Shown: positions 1 through 14,049 of the stretch, in pieces
Layout: every line of letters begins with the position of its first letter
Position numbering within the stretch: position 1 is the first letter of the stretch
DNA from: Basidiobolus meristosporus CBS 931.73
Lineage: Eukaryota; Fungi; Basidiobolomycota
Direction of reading: 5' to 3'
Assembly: GCA_002104905.1 (NCBI GenBank)
Contig: MCFE01000128.1
Coordinates: 96,169-160,168, forward strand
DNA length: 64,000 nt
Notes under the pieces: model-generated
The model's database searches: none
Seen by the model: the letters and a program-made list of their open reading frames with translations, nothing else
Told to the model about the DNA's origin: nothing
Translations under genes and position numbers: made by a program

Positions 1-879
1 GTAACTGCTCTTATCAGTGCCACTAACAACCAGTGACCAAAAGGCATTTACAATACCACCACCTTTGAGTCCAAGTCCTTTAAAACATAGTTGCAATGAC
101 TTGTCAAAAAGCTATGACAAAATCTAAAAAACTTAGCTAAGAGGCAACAATACCTCTGGGACATTGCAAAAAGCAGAGGGCAAATTTGCATCACAGATTT
201 AGCCAAAAGTGCAGACAGATTCTGCCTCAAAACATTCCTTAACTTGCTTTTGTACAGTATGTTACCATCTCTGCTGCTTTCTAATTGTAGGCATATATTT
301 ATCCCCTATACCTGTGCACACTGATTAGTTAATGCCTCTTCTGACTCTCCTTACCTGCTGCCTCAGCTGGTGCGCATATGTTTCATTTAATTAATACTGA
401 ATATTTTTGGTGGATTCTTTGTTTATTCATAAAGATACTCAGTATTTGGATATTTATGGAAGTAGCACAACTGTAACACCCAGGCTTGAGAGTTTCACAT
501 CAATCAGGATCATTGTATGATGGCATCAGGGTTATGACATAATGTTTGGTAAAAGTACTACTTTGATATTGACTATTGGGTACCAATCAAAGGATCATTG
601 GTCTGAAAGAAAGCAGCAAAGCGGGGGTTGGAAAATAGTCCAACAGGGACTATGATCAGTCCAGCACTGTTAAGTAGATTTTTAGCTGGTAAAAGATACC
701 AAATAGTCCAATATTTTAGCATCCTTCCTCCACTAAACATTTACTAAATACCAATTTCTCTCTGAGATCTTGAAACTGTGACATATTTATTGCTGTGTCA
801 ATATATCCTCCCCCATTTTGTTAGTGTGGCTGTAAGCTAACTCCAATGTTAGAGCATTGTTGAAGTAGAACCCTACCCT

Positions 880-3840
880 AAACTGAATCTCTGTTGCCAT
901 TATATTTTTGTCAATAAGGAGCATCTGACAATGTCTCTGATGTACTTAGACTGATTTAGTGCAATTTCTGCATGGGCATGTCAAATATGACTTCTATTTG
1001 AAGAAAATATCTTAATTTAAGAAGTGATTTGGATATAAGGAACTTATCATAAGATCATAGATCTCGAGAAAGTGGCAAGGTTAGAGCTATAAATGAGTCT
1101 CACAGTGACCAAGACTAGTCCAGAATTGTTTAGTAAAGTTTTGGCTGCTGAATGATACCAAATGTCCAATATTTCAACAATGATTAGGTTGTCCATATAG
1201 AGTACCAAAATAATTACTTCATTTCAAAGCTGTTAACATATGTACTGTGATGCGCAGTACCACAAAGGAGCTCAATCTCCTCTAGATATGTGTTGGACTT
1301 GCTATAACATGCTCTAGGTGCCTGCTTAAGCCCAACAGTAATTTTCTAGGACTGCACATCTTATAGGGGCCTTTTGGAGTGGTAGGACCTTCCAGTTACC
1401 CTATATAAATATGTAGTTTCCTATGGATCCCCATTTGGAAAGGCCATTTTGGTGTTCATTTGGTAAGTGCCTGGATCTGTGTTGCCTTTTGCCACCATTC
1501 TAGCTTTGCATTTATCAATGGTTCCATTTGAGGTTATGCTGATCTTATAGACCCATCTACATCCCATTAGCTCACTGCCACTAGGTAAGTCTACAACCTC
1601 CCACATTTGTACCCTCATCAGGGATTTTTACTCCTCCAGAGTTGCTTGTTGCCACATGGTAGCATTGGGATGTTGCATTGCTTGTTCCAGATTCTGAGGT
1701 TTGGCACATAAGGCAAGTTAAGCTTCTTCATGTATACTGTATGCCTGCTGCCAAGATCCTGGGGCATTTCTTACTGTGGTGGATCTTCTAGCAACATCCA
1801 ATTGTTATGATCTGGGACTGGTAGAATTTTCTTTGGTATCTGTCTGTATTAGGTATGCATCTTCTTCATTAGTGGTCATTGCATCTGCAGAGAGCTGGTC
1901 ATACCATCTTAGTGAATATCTGATCTGAATTCATCTAGGTACAACACCCCTGCTCTGGATCAGCTATGGTATCCGGCCATCATCAGCTCTATACCCACTA
2001 CTATCTTCACAATATCCTGGAAGTATCCCTGTTTTACTTTTTGGTTCCAAATTTAAGCAATTCTTTGTCAGGGATGTCATAGAAAACATTGCTGCCAAAG
2101 ATCTTGCAGTGCTGCTTATATGGTGTCTGTGCTGTTTATGCTTCAAAGGGTGTGAATCACATGGTACTCTTGTAGGGCATCTAATCCTGCTGAATATCTC
2201 TGTAAGAACAGATTCAGCCCAAAACTTGTAAAGCATTTGCTTGTCAAGTAGCATGGATGTTCCAATCTATACCGTTATTCTATTTACAAATTCTGCTACT
2301 CTAACTTGCTAAGGATATGTGGAGCAGCACTTTATTACAATGTACCAGTAGTTGAGCAGTACTTTGCAAACTACTTAGAGCAGTAGCCCCTACTATTGTT
2401 ACTTCAAAGTGCTTGGATACACTCAGCTTGTGTTTCTGCCATGCTCTTCAAATACTCAGTTGTCACTTGAGATGCATCATTTATCTGTAAGAACTATACC
2501 TACATGTATTATATCTTGTCCTTAAAAAATGTTATAAAGAATTTCTTGGATCCAAAGGAAAGCAATCTTATGGGTTCACAGATTTTTAGGTGCATCATAA
2601 CTATTATATTAGTAGTGTTATGCCTCCTGAGCTCCTCATGCATTGAGTAGCCTAGTTACCATATGCAAATGCCTACAGACACTTAACTTGATTTGAATTG
2701 AGTAATTTTGGCTCAGATTAAGTTTTTCTTTACCATTATGCTCATTTTCTGTTTCCCATTGTGTTCCAGTATCCTGTGCAATGTCTTCAAGTAGGTTTTT
2801 TTTGCTTTAGGCAGTGTCAGTGCACTCAGGTACAATGAACTTGCATTTTAACTTCTGTATATTGTGATCATTTATTTTCAAAGCTAATTCTTGTTCATTT
2901 TTGCTAAATTTTGTGCAGCTTTTTTAGTGAAGAAAAATTTCAGTCCCTGCATAGCTGCTCTACTCACTGAGAGTAGGTTCTTAGCCCCTTCTGGCACAAA
3001 GAGTACATCAGTCAGTATTGCTGTTGTTGCCCCAGAGATATCACTCATACTTAGCTGTTTAGACCCCCTGGTGTTAGCTTCTAGTGCAGAGTTCTCTCCC
3101 AAATAAATCTTTCTTGTGGGAATAGTCACAAGTTCCTGAACCACCACATTACTCTACAAATATGCAGTAATACTCTAGAGTTAATAAACCATTCATTACT
3201 ACTGTTATTTGTACTCTCTTATATAGTAACAATCAACTATTCATCAATAGTTACATGGTTTGCCTGCTCTGGTTTCTGTTTATTACCTGCTTGCTTCTTC
3301 TTTTATTCTCTTGCCAGTGTCCTGACTTTATATAGTAGTAACAGTGACCAGGTTTTCCTTGGTTCTGTTGCTTCCATTTGTTTTCTGTGTGCCTTTCAGA
3401 GCCAAATAAAGTATTATATTCAGTTTAATCTACTTGATCATTATGTCTGAGTACTGCATGGAGAAGTCTTCCTTTTATATGATCTAAGGTCTGGTTGTCT
3501 TCTCTGCTGTTAGAAGAAAGCATGAGTTGCTCCTACTTCTCTGCTGAGCTGCAAAATAGACAGAGCATTATCTCTTCATCATCTATACCAGCACTGATAC
3601 TTGAAAGTTCTTCCACAAGTGTCACCTTGTTAGTAGCGTGTAAATCTATGGCATACTCTTTGTGTTGAAGAATTTTCTCCTTGAACAATGCTTGCTTGAT
3701 ATAGACTTTCCTCTAATAATCTTCTCTAAGGATTCCTATGCTGCTTTGGCAGCATTTGATGCATAATTTTGCCCACTGAAGGAGTCTCACACAATAATAC
3801 ATTGTTATGATCTACAGCTTCAATATTCAAATTGGATTGT
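880..3840 (-). mobile_element. Degenerate Ty1/Copia retrotransposon internal region (family C, copy 2)
   Basis: Minus-strand remnants in Copia order: gag (3400-3830), protease (ORF 2884-3147, TDVLFVPEGAKNLLSVS), integrase C-terminus (ORF 1964-2254, FWAESV..LEPKSKTGILPGY), RT (ORF 1421-1618, WEVVDLP..GCRWVYK..KCKARMVAKG). Many stops and frameshifts; homologous to 5860-7590. Boundaries approximate. Confidence 0.8.
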
Positions 3841-3859
3841 TTTTGGCCTCTCTCAGTTT

Positions 3860-4010
3860 GTCTTATGCTTTGCCTATCAGAATATCAGTGTTACCTATCA
3901 AATCAGTAGTATTTGTCAGCAGATGTATCTGAAGATCCTCATACAACAGAAATACATGTATTATGCAAGATCTAATTGGGTGATGATGATGCAATGAAAT
4001 GGCTCATTGT
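3860..4010 (+). mobile_element. Fragment of the Gypsy-type LTR found at 7590-7959
   Basis: cctatcagaatatcagtgttacctatcaaatcagtag...gatgatgatgcaat aligns by eye with 7660-7790. Confidence 0.55.
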
Positions 4011-4011
4011 A

Positions 4012-5860
4012 CCCTATGAAGACTATTATGATGATATCACCAAGAGGCAGTCACTGAATCTAAGTCTTCTGACTAAGAAGTATCAATCCCATCAGGAAAC
4101 CATGCAAAGACTGTCAGAAAATTATCACACCCCAGATTCACCAAAAACTTGGTGAGAATTCTTCATCACAATGCCACAAAAGTGGCTTTTGATTGGTTCT
4201 CTGCCAATGTTCCTGCTTTCCAATTCCAGACACTCTATGATGGCCCATATTTGTGTGCAGTGATTGGCTACTGCCTCTTTTCACCCTCCCTACTTTCTGA
4301 CCCTACCAATTCTTTTACTCTTCATGCATACAAATTGATTTATTTGCATTGTAACTTCAGTTATACCTCAATTGCCAATTATATGGACCTACACAAGTCC
4401 CTATGCCCTACACTCAACAGATAATTTCATTAAAAGCCACCACTCAATTAGTATAACTATTGTAACACTCTGTTTCCATGACTTTGGCAGGAGCCCTACA
4501 GCTTTATACTACTCTCCATTCACTGATGCCTTTACATCCTTGTCTTGAGCCAGCATTGCAAGGTCTAGCACCTCAAGTGCCAGCCATTGCAATAAATCCT
4601 TGTAATAATTAAGTGCATTCTCTGGAGCACTGTTCTCAATGAGGTGCTGTAGCCTCTTGGTATGCCTATTAATGTTCTAAGATTCTACCAAAAGCATTGT
4701 AATAACCTTTTGAGTCTTGATGTTGTTACTTTATCTGTGAGTGGGATATCCACTCTGACTACTTTGGAGGATGTCAAGGCTGTGGTAGACAAATTGCCTC
4801 TCTCTTCAAACTCATCTACCTCTCTGCAGTGTAGCTCAACTGCTTGAGCTTCCATCTCTTGTGAAAACAGCTGTTTTCTTGATTATAATTTCTCTTGGCT
4901 ATGATGAATTGAGTCTGTTCCAGGCTTACAGCATTATTTGGCAAGAAATGCAGCTACTTTCTCACCATTCCCTGTCTCTGGCTGGTGACAACCTTGTTCT
5001 AGTTACCTTTTCCTTTATCACTGTTAGGTCTTTCACTGCTATATTATCTGGGTGCTTTTTGTGTTGACCAACATTTTCTCCTAGATAATAACTGCTCTGA
5101 TGCATCTGTTTTGGCCTGTCAGTCCCTTGCTGGCAGTCTGTGGGCAGTCTGAAGCTTCTTTTCTGCTTGTTTCAAGTTCTCAGCCCTTGCTTTCATTGGC
5201 TCCTGAGGTGGTTGCTTGCTTTTAGCACTGCCAGGTTGTTCATTGCTACATTGACAAAGTGCTTCTTGAGAAGAAATACACTTTCCTTGGTAAGTGTTGT
5301 GCAGGTGCATCTACTTCTGCTTGCTTGTCCCTTATTGGCACTCTTCCAGCAACCTGATTTCTCTTTGATGCTTGTTTGGAGCTTTCAGCCCTGTTTGTAA
5401 CAGGCTCTTGAGGAAGCTTCTGGCTTTTAGCCATTACGCGCTTGTTCTTCTGCCTTTGATAGTTTCTGCTGCCTTTGAGATACTTTCTTAGCATACTAAT
5501 GCATGCCCAAATGTGTTTCCTTGTATGAATCAAAATTAAGACTCATGGAGCAAGTCAAGTAAATACTGCTTGCCATAAGTCCCTGATGGTCACATGGTGT
5601 GCTGGCCTGAAGGTATTGGCAAGATAGACTTCTAATGGCCTCTTCAATATTAGTGCACTTTTCATCATTGCACTCAACAGCCTCATGGATCTTCAATGGT
5701 TTTTGATTGTTAGGCTTTGAAATACACACTACTTTTTCAACCTCCCAAGCTGTCATGGGTTTTTGTGTGGCTTTTAACTTTGGGTACTATTGTTGTGATT
5801 CAAACACTGAATGGTGTTCTTCTGCTGTTATTGACAATGTATTGACCTATTTGGTATCAT
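4012..5860 (-). mobile_element. Half of CCCTA-terminus DNA transposon (ORF-B arm, copy 1)
   Basis: Starts with CCCTATGAA at 4012; ORFs 5119-5310, 5246-5533 and 5496-5756 match the ORF-B relics at 9500-11011, 14050-15600 and 19165-20600. Confidence 0.7.
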
Positions 5861-7590
5861 TATGCAGGTACTGCCAAAGCTGCATGGGAATTCTTAGGGA
5901 AGATCTCTAGAGCAAAGTCAGTATCAAGCTAGCTTTATTTGAAACAAAAGTTCTTCAACATGAGTAAGAAGCCAGATGATGACATGCTACAACTCATACC
6001 AGAATGAAGACACTTGCAGAAGGACTTTGGAGTACTAAAGCAGGTGTAGATGATGAAGAAAAGATTCTCTGTCTGCTTTGCATCCTACCAGACAAGTATG
6101 AGCTACTCATACCTTCTTTTGAAAGCAGTGAAGACAACTTGACTTTAGAATATGTCAAAGGACAACTTTTTCATGAAGAACCTAGATGTAATGATCAAGC
6201 AAGGAAAATGAAGACAATGCTTTATTCAGCTCAGAAAGGCACTCAGAAAAGTAGGGAATACAACAACAACAAAGAAAACCTGGTTGTTGTAACTGGAAGC
6301 CAGCACACTGGGCAAGAGAATGCAAGAAGAAACAAGCAGACAAAAAACTGAAGCTGGAGCAGGCAAACCATATATCTACTGATGAAGGGTTATTTGGAAC
6401 TGTACAAAAGAGTGCAAGTGACCAAAGTAATGAATGGTCTATTGACTCTGAAGTATTACAGCATATTTGGCGTATAAAGGAGTTGCTGAGCAACTTAAAG
6501 ACTATTCATGTAAGAAAGGTTTCTCTGGTAGACAACTCTGCACTGGAAGCTACTGCCAGTAGGTCTATACTACTTAATATGAGTCATATCTCAGGGGCTA
6601 CAACAGCAAAACTGACTGATGTACTCTATGTACCTGGAATTGCTAAGAACCTACTATCAGTCACTAAAGTAGCTGCTCAGGGACTGAAATTTGTTTTTAC
6701 TAAGCTGAACTGCTTAATGTTGAGGGAAAATGGACAAAATTTGCTTTGGGAATCAGAGATCACAATGTATACAAGTTACAATGCAAGAAAATTGTACCTA
6801 AGTATGCCAACATTGCTGAAACTGTTGAAACTAACTGGGACATGTGGCTTAGGAGGCTAGGACACATTGTTGAACAGAAAATGAGCCAATTGGTGAAAAA
6901 ACAGCTTGTTTTAGGCCTAAATTACTCAATTCCATTCACACTGAATGTCTGTAAGAGATGCTCATATGGCAAACAAGCTAGGCATGTTTCAGGAGCTCAA
7001 GAGGCATCAACACCACCAAAACATGGACTATTGTACACTCAGATATATGTGGGCACATGAGAACATGGTCTTTTGGAGCCAATAGATACTTTATGAAGTT
7101 TCCTGAGGACAGGACAAGATATACATGGGCATACTTCCTCAAAACACAGGATGATGCTTTAGAGATTTTAAACACTTGAAAAACATACTTCAACAGACCA
7201 CTGTTCTGCATACTGCACAGCAAAATCTAATAGCTGAACATGCAAATAGAACAAATGTTGAGATGGGAAGATCTATGCTATATGATAATGGAACAGACTA
7301 CAAGTTTTGGGCTGAATCTGTTGCTACCACAGTATGCATCAAGAATAGATGCCCAACAGCAGCACTGCATGATTCTACATCCTTTGAAGCATATACAGGC
7401 AAAAAACCAAACCTCCAGTATCTCAGGAACTTTAGCAGTTGTGTCTTTTATTGCATCCCTGACAAAAAACACTTAAAGCTGGAACCAAAGAGTAGAAAAG
7501 GGATCTTTTGTAGGTGTTGTGATGATACTAAAAGGTATAGAGTGTATGATGGCAGATTTCAGAAGCTGATCAAGAGCAGAGACATTTTAC
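5860..7590 (+). mobile_element. Degenerate Ty1/Copia gag-protease-integrase (family C, copy 1)
   Basis: gag (ORF 6004-6351), protease (ORF 6483-6860, TDVLYVPGIAKNLLSV), GAG-pre-integrase HHCC-like W..RLGH..C..C.YGKQAR (6746-7060), integrase core/C-terminus (ORF 7176-7622, QQNLIAEHANRT..FWAESV..LEPKSRKGIF). Broken off at ~7590. Confidence 0.85.
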
Positions 7591-9176
7591 TTCATAATCC
7601 ACCGCTTGAAAATTTAAGTTAGATTAGTATTTAGTTAAATCAATTAGTTATATGTTTAGCCTATCAGTACATCAGTGTTATCTATCAAATCAGTAGCATT
7701 AGTCAGCAGATGAATCAGCAGATCCTTAATAGACAGGAACAGACATATTAAGTGGGATCTTACTGAGTGATGATGATGCAATCAAATGAGTCATCAGCCA
7801 CAACCTATTCTTGGAAATACAGTTAGTCAGCAAATGATCTGGCAAAAATGTATATAAGGAGCTGCTAGAACCCCAATAAAAATCGGCTCAAGTTGTAATG
7901 TATACAATACTAGCTAAGCTCCCTATTCCTCTACAACTCCTATATCAAGACTTGTAGCATTGGTAACAGCAATAACCAGAAACCTCCCTCCTAAAGAAAG
8001 AAGAAGCCTCCCTCAAGATGTTAAAAAATCAAGAATGCAAGAATGCCATGCAGCAAATCCTGGCCCAACAACAACAGTCACTCTAGATCCTTAGCCAGCA
8101 GCAAAAAGGAATGACTACCATGGCCCAAAGCCAGCAAAACCCTGTCAAGAGCAACCTTAGTGTCAAGGTCAACTGGTACCATGGTAGAGTCAATGAAAAC
8201 CTGGGAACTTGGCTCTTCCAGACTGAAGAGGCTTTCAAGGCTAAAGGAATTGCTCCTGAAAGCAAGTTACATCATGCAGCCTCTTACCTGGCAGATGCAG
8301 CTTTACAATGGTATCACAACAAGATTGAGTCTGACATCATGATTGGATGTGCTATAGTCTCTACCTAGGATAAGTTTGCGTTGGAAATTCAGGATGCTGT
8401 TGAATCTCCACACCAGCAGACACTGCTAAGAAAAAAGTTGAAGACACTCAGAGAGAAAGGAATGGTTCAAGAGTTCATCTAAAATATGAATGTCTACTTG
8501 GACAAATTGAAAGAATGGACCCCCTGGATCAAGTTGAATACTTTATGGATGGGTTGCAAGAAAGAACTTGCAAGGAATTGAACTATCTAAAGCCCCAGAC
8601 TATTGAAGAAGCCATCAAGATTGCAATTGACTATGACTCATCCATGTTGGAGTTAGAAGCCCCGCAATGTCTATTCAGAGAGGCTACAATCAGCCAGAGC
8701 ATGATGACCCAGAATGAAACATGACATTGAGAAGCTAGTGAAAACATGCCCATATTGCCAAATCAAACAAGGTCAACTACAGAGAATTGCTGAACTCTTC
8801 CTTTTGAAGCAGGTAAGACTATTTGAGAGATGGGGATTTGACTTTATTGGAAGATGGCCAACTACCAGGAAATGCAAATATTGGATCCTAGTAGCAATTG
8901 ACCATGGCACTAAATGGCCAGTTGCTAAAGCTCTACCTGAAGCTAGTGCACAAGAAGTTGCAAGCTTCATCTACTATGTAGTCCTGATAAAGCTTGAATG
9001 CCCTGTAGATGCTCTGTCTGATAGAGAGGCAAAATTTGCGGCAAAGACATTGGAAGCTTACCTGGATATATAAGGAGCTGCTAGAACCTTAATCGCAATC
9101 AGTTCAAGTTTTAGAAAATACAGTATCTGGCTAAACTCCCTGGTCCTCTACAGCTGTTATATCAAGACTTGAAACA
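7590..9176 (+). mobile_element. Internally deleted Ty3/Gypsy retrotransposon
   Basis: 5' LTR ends ...caagacttgtagCA at 7959 and is followed by PBS-like TTGGTAACAG. Retrotransposon-gag relics (8111-8368, 8515-8724), then a jump to integrase (8714-9073, CPYCQ..FERWGFDFIG..LVAIDHGTKWP). Partial 3' LTR 9066-9176 ends ACA. PR/RT/RH deleted. Confidence 0.8.
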
Positions 9177-9499
9177 CCATATGGGCCTGAACTTTGGGAA
9201 CCAAGGAGCTTTTGAATGAGGCTTGCCTTAAAAGACTAATGTACTACATGCTATTATATTAGAGTTATGCTGCTTCCAAGCGCAATTTACATAGAACTCA
9301 TCAAGGTAACAGCACCAAAGTATCAGATAGAGGGTATTATAATGCCTTAAGTAAACAGCTGGTGAGCTTTGACAGGAAGAATATAGACCACAGGCAACTG
9401 CATGTAGATTGTGCCCAATGAAAAATTATTGTGATGTTCCCATCAAAAGACCATCACAGATTCTAGGTCCCATGACTAAGAGGTATTGACTCAATTGGA

Positions 9500-11011
9500 A
9501 CACTGTGCAAAGACTTTCAAAAAATAATTATACTCCAGATATCATAAAAAGCTTAGTCAGAATATTTCATCACAATGATACTAAAGTGGCTTTTTATTGG
9601 TTCTCTACTAAATCTCTCTCTTTCTGAACCTGGGCACTCTATCACCTCCTATGTTGGTGTGTGTTGATTGGTTATTTCCCCTTTTCACACTCCTTACTAC
9701 CTGCTCAGTCATTTCTCTTACTTTTATTGCATACAAAATGATTTATTTCTACTGAAACTTCAGTTGTGCCTGAATCGCCAATTGCATTGACCTATACAAG
9801 TCTATACACCCTACACAGATATTTAGCCCAACCACACACTCAACAAGTAATGCCACTAGTATACACCACACAATAAGTATTTTTGCTGTAATGCTCTCTT
9901 TACACAACTTTGGCAGGAGCCCTTTGGCTTTATGCCATGATTCATTCACTGATTCCCATACATCCTGGTCTTCAGCTAGCACTACAAGGTCTAGCTCCTA
10001 ATCTGCCTGTCTTTGCTGCAAGTCCTTGCAATATTCAAGTGAATTTTCTTGAGCACTGCTCTTGAAGAAGTGCTACAACCTTTTGGTGTGCCCATTAGTG
10101 AACCAAAACTCCACCAAAGGCATTGTGATAACCTTTTGAGTGCTTAATGTTGCTACTCTCTCTGTTAGTGCAATCTCCACTCTTTCAACAATGAAGGATG
10201 TGAAGGCTGTGGTAGACAAATTGCCTTTCTCTGCAAACTCATCTACCTCACTGGAGTGTAACATAACTTGCTGTGCTTCCAACTCTTGTGAAAACAGCTG
10301 TTCTCTTGTTGGTAAATCTACTTGGCTATGCTGGAATTTAGTTTGTTCTGGGCTTAGTGCATTAATTGGCTAGCGCTGTAGCTTTTTTCTTATGCTTCCC
10401 GGTCTCTGTCTTGTGTAGACTTTTTCCCCTCTACCTTTTCCTTTATCACTGCCAGGTCTTTCACTGCTACTTTGTCCAAGTACTACTTCTACTGAACTAT
10501 GGTTTCTCCATGATAAATTCTGCTCTGATGCATCTATTTTGGCCTGCTTGCTCCTTGATGGCGCACTGCAGGCAATCTGGCACCTCTTTCCTACTTGTTT
10601 TGAGCTCACATTCCATGCTGTGATGGACTCCTGAGGTAGCTGCTTGCTTTTATCACTGCCAGGTCCTTCACTGCTACTTTGACTAAGTGCTTCTTGAGTG
10701 GAAGTACACTTTTTCCTTAGTAAATGTTGTGCTGATGCATCCATGTCTGCCAGCTTTTCCCTCATTGGCACTCTTCCAGCTACCTGATGCCTCTTTGATG
10801 CTTGTTTGGAGCTATTGGCCCTGCATGTAACATGCTCTTGAGGAAACCACTGGTTTTTGGCCATTGCATGCCTGTTTTTCTGTCTTTGATAGTTTCTACT
10901 ATTTGATTCAAAGTCATAAGACAGCCTCTCAGCCATGAAGCATGCAAACAGCATAGGAAGTTCCGCAAGGATCATGGCCAGTGTTTTGCCACACAAGTCA
11001 TATTTGATCAT
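9500..11011 (-). pseudogene. ORF-B relic (unknown transposon-associated protein with two 69-aa repeats)
   Basis: ORFs 10370-11011, 10073-10282 and 9749-9982 are successive pieces of one broken frame; matching pieces occur in four other copies in the window. Confidence 0.6.
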
Positions 11012-11129
11012 TCACCAGTTACTACTGTACCAACAATATCTTGCCAGCCACTTGATTCTTCTACAGCAGCATCCTGCTGTACTTATTACCTTGTGCAAAT
11101 TGAGTCAGGAGAGTTTGTGACACCTTTGG

Positions 11130-13520
11130 GCTCACCCCAGTCTACTGAATATAGCACACAGAGTTATAGATCTGACAAAGCAGGCTCACTGATAGATTGC
11201 AAGCCTATCTTCCCTGACAATAGTATTCTGCATGAGCCCTGCAAAATCCTGTTATGCAATGAGACAACCCCCATGGAAAAAAATGCCAAGGATACTTTAC
11301 AGAATCAAGTTGGCCCAGTAATTGACTTACTGGTGCATGATGTGATGTTGTGGCTAGAGAATTGGTGTGTTCTCACTGATATCAGTATTGGGGGCTTTGG
11401 GGATTCACTACTACTTGCCAAAATCATCCTGGGATGCAACCTACCATGTATATAGTGTAAATGGAAAACCATCATGCAGCTGGCTACATATGACCTAGAG
11501 ACCATCCTGATACCAGCATTTGCTAACAGTAGCTTGGCATTCACATCCAAAAATGCCTCCATTTCAAGGTGTCCAACTAGTCAGAAATCCATCACCATTG
11601 AGGGAAAATATTGTTCACACTCCAGATATATTCTGGTAATGCCCCATATAAAGAAGCTCATGCAGTCCAACAAACATTGTGAAGCTATGAAGTACTGCAC
11701 TCAGTATCAATCAAGCCCAAGCATATCAGATACACTTGATGGCAAACATTAAAAACAGCCAAGAAGCAAGGGCTACTTTGAAGGTATGTATTACCATGCC
11801 TTTCCCTTGGCACTTGATGGATTCTCATTGAGCAAGTTTTCCACCAGCAAATTTTGCTAGCCACTTATTCTCATCAATCTGAATCTGCTGCCTATCTTAC
11901 AGTATTAAAGCAGAAATCTGATGGTAAGCTCACTGGTATCTGGGCCTAAATCACCACCCAACCTGGATTGCTACCTGTATCCATTGCTGGATGAGTCTTG
12001 TATGCTTTCCAGCATGATAACAGTAAATTTCCATCATGTAAACATGCTTATTATTATTGGCATGGGAGATACCCCAGCCATTAGCAAGATAGCCAGCTTT
12101 TCTGGGCACAATGGAGATTATTGCTATCCAGTGTATATGATCCAGGGGACTTACTCCATAACTCACACACATTTTTATCACCCAAACACCAGCACTAAGA
12201 ACATCATCTTTCCATGGGGAGAATATACAGAAGTCAGCATGCAATTGCAGCAAAGTTGGAAAGCTATAAGCCATTGGCCAAAGTATAGAATTAATTGGAA
12301 ACTGAAGATAATTAAACACAAGGGTACCTGTGGGAGCAAAAGCTTTCCACTGGGAGCAATGCAATTGCTTTTCAATAATACCCCTATACAAATGACCAGT
12401 TTTACATGGGGCATTTTGAGCTAAATGAGCCTGTTGAGAAATTGCAGAAATTTGAAAGAATTGGCAAGATATTACAGAGTATCTGCTACCCAAAGTACTT
12501 CTCACAGGCCCCAATCAACATGCATACACATATGCAACAATTCAGGTGCAAGGTCTCAATGAACTGGATATGTATTTATTCAAGTGGCCTTTGGAAGCCA
12601 TTTCTACTATGAATTCATTTGAAGCATTGGGAGTCATATGTGGACATGGTAGGGATATTTGTCCAGAGGCAGATCACCAATGCCAGCTTGATGCTTCATC
12701 AGCTTTTGTACAGAGAGTTTGTGACAGGATTTGAGTGGCTATACTACAAACATAAAGCTGAACATTTAGATCTCTGCCACTACTGTGTCCATTTGCTACT
12801 CCATCTTGCTTGGTTTGTTAAGAATATTGGACCTTGCTTCATGTTTTGGTAGTTTCCTATAGAGCAGATGTGTGGGGAGATAGCAATACAAGCAAAGTTG
12901 CAGGTACTACCTTATCCCAATCTCATCAAGTATATTTCCTTCAAGCCCATCATGGATGTGATGAGCTGGCACATGGTGGACAGCCAGAAAGAGTTGGAAA
13001 ACACTGAGGACAAATGTGCACATGGAGACACCTATGCCTATGGCATTAAGAAGCTAAGCAGCCCCATGCATGCGTAAGCTGTTAAGTAATGCAATGTTAG
13101 GTTGAGTGCAACAAGCAATTATCTATACCAAAGTATGCTGGAATTCTCTTAGTCACAAGCCAATTTCTACACCATTCAATACTGTATTTGCACAAACAAG
13201 AGCCAGAACACATCTATAAGGAGGACTAGAATCCTGTTGGGAGAAGGAATATATTGGCTAAATACCAAAAAGTTCTTTGCAGATATTCAAGAGGTATTCA
13301 TGGCAAAAGTAGTGGCAACCAAGCATATGCTTGCAAGATGTATATGTTACTAGCAATACAAGGTATATGGCTACTTTGCAAGCTTTGCACTAAAAAGCCG
13401 TAAAGTAGAGGTGATAGATGTATGTCAATTGAGGCAGGTGTTTACATTGGTAGAGGTTAGTAAGCAGGAGGCCATAGTATTTCTTGATCCAAACTATATG
13501 TGGAATACCCAAGGTAGTAG
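11130..13520 (+). pseudogene. Tnp2-family (CACTA/EnSpm) DDE transposase relic
   Basis: Motifs across frames: Cys-rich N-terminus (11474-11752), ALDG..PLILINLNL.P, GPKSPPNLDCYLYPLLDE, GDTPAISK..GHNG (11921-12424), CVHLLLHL....GP...W*FPIEQMCG (12619-12880). These match the characteristic Tnp2 motif order. Confidence 0.8.
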
Positions 13521-14049
13521 TGGGTAAGCAAATAAATAGGGGTGATTCTACAGTGGAATATATGAATTGTGCAAGGGGAGGTAGAAGAAGGAAATACCAT
13601 ATGGTAAATTAGTATGGTTGCATTATACACAACTAGCTGTAGGCTGCCATACTGGCACAATAATGCCATCAGAGCCTTGCAAAGAGGCTTTCAAAACATT
13701 GTCAAGTTTTTTGCCATATTAGGCAATAGGATGTACCAGCCAGTTAGATCTACTCAAATAGTTGTTAAGCACACTAAGACCATAAAAGTTCCATGCTACC
13801 CTTGGCAAAACACCATACAAACACTGTTAAATTTTGTCAACTCTATTTAGCCGTAAAATTAGCAAAATACTATTGTGATCCTGTCACAGGATTGTGTAGA
13901 TGGTCATCAATTCCAAGCTGCTGGTATTATAGTGGTCTCCTGACAGGATCTTGATGGCTGATCTGGATTAGAACCACCCATGGGACCAAATTATTTCTTG
14001 TAGGGGAAAGCAGTATATTTGCTCCAAAGAAGGAACTCAAGTAGCTCAA

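Larger units (their letters stand above)
9414..14005. mobile_element. Near-complete degenerate CACTA/EnSpm-like DNA transposon with two divergent genes
   Basis: Left end CCCAATGAAAAATTATT (9414); right end reverse complement CCCTACAAGAAATAATT (ends 14005), 12/17 identical. ORF-B on minus and Tnp2-type transposase on plus lie between them. No clear TSD. Confidence 0.65.

Noticed and set aside
480-720. Possible Gypsy RNase H remnant on the minus strand (LKYW..WTDH..PDA)
   Set aside because: Needs several frameshifts; too degraded to call.
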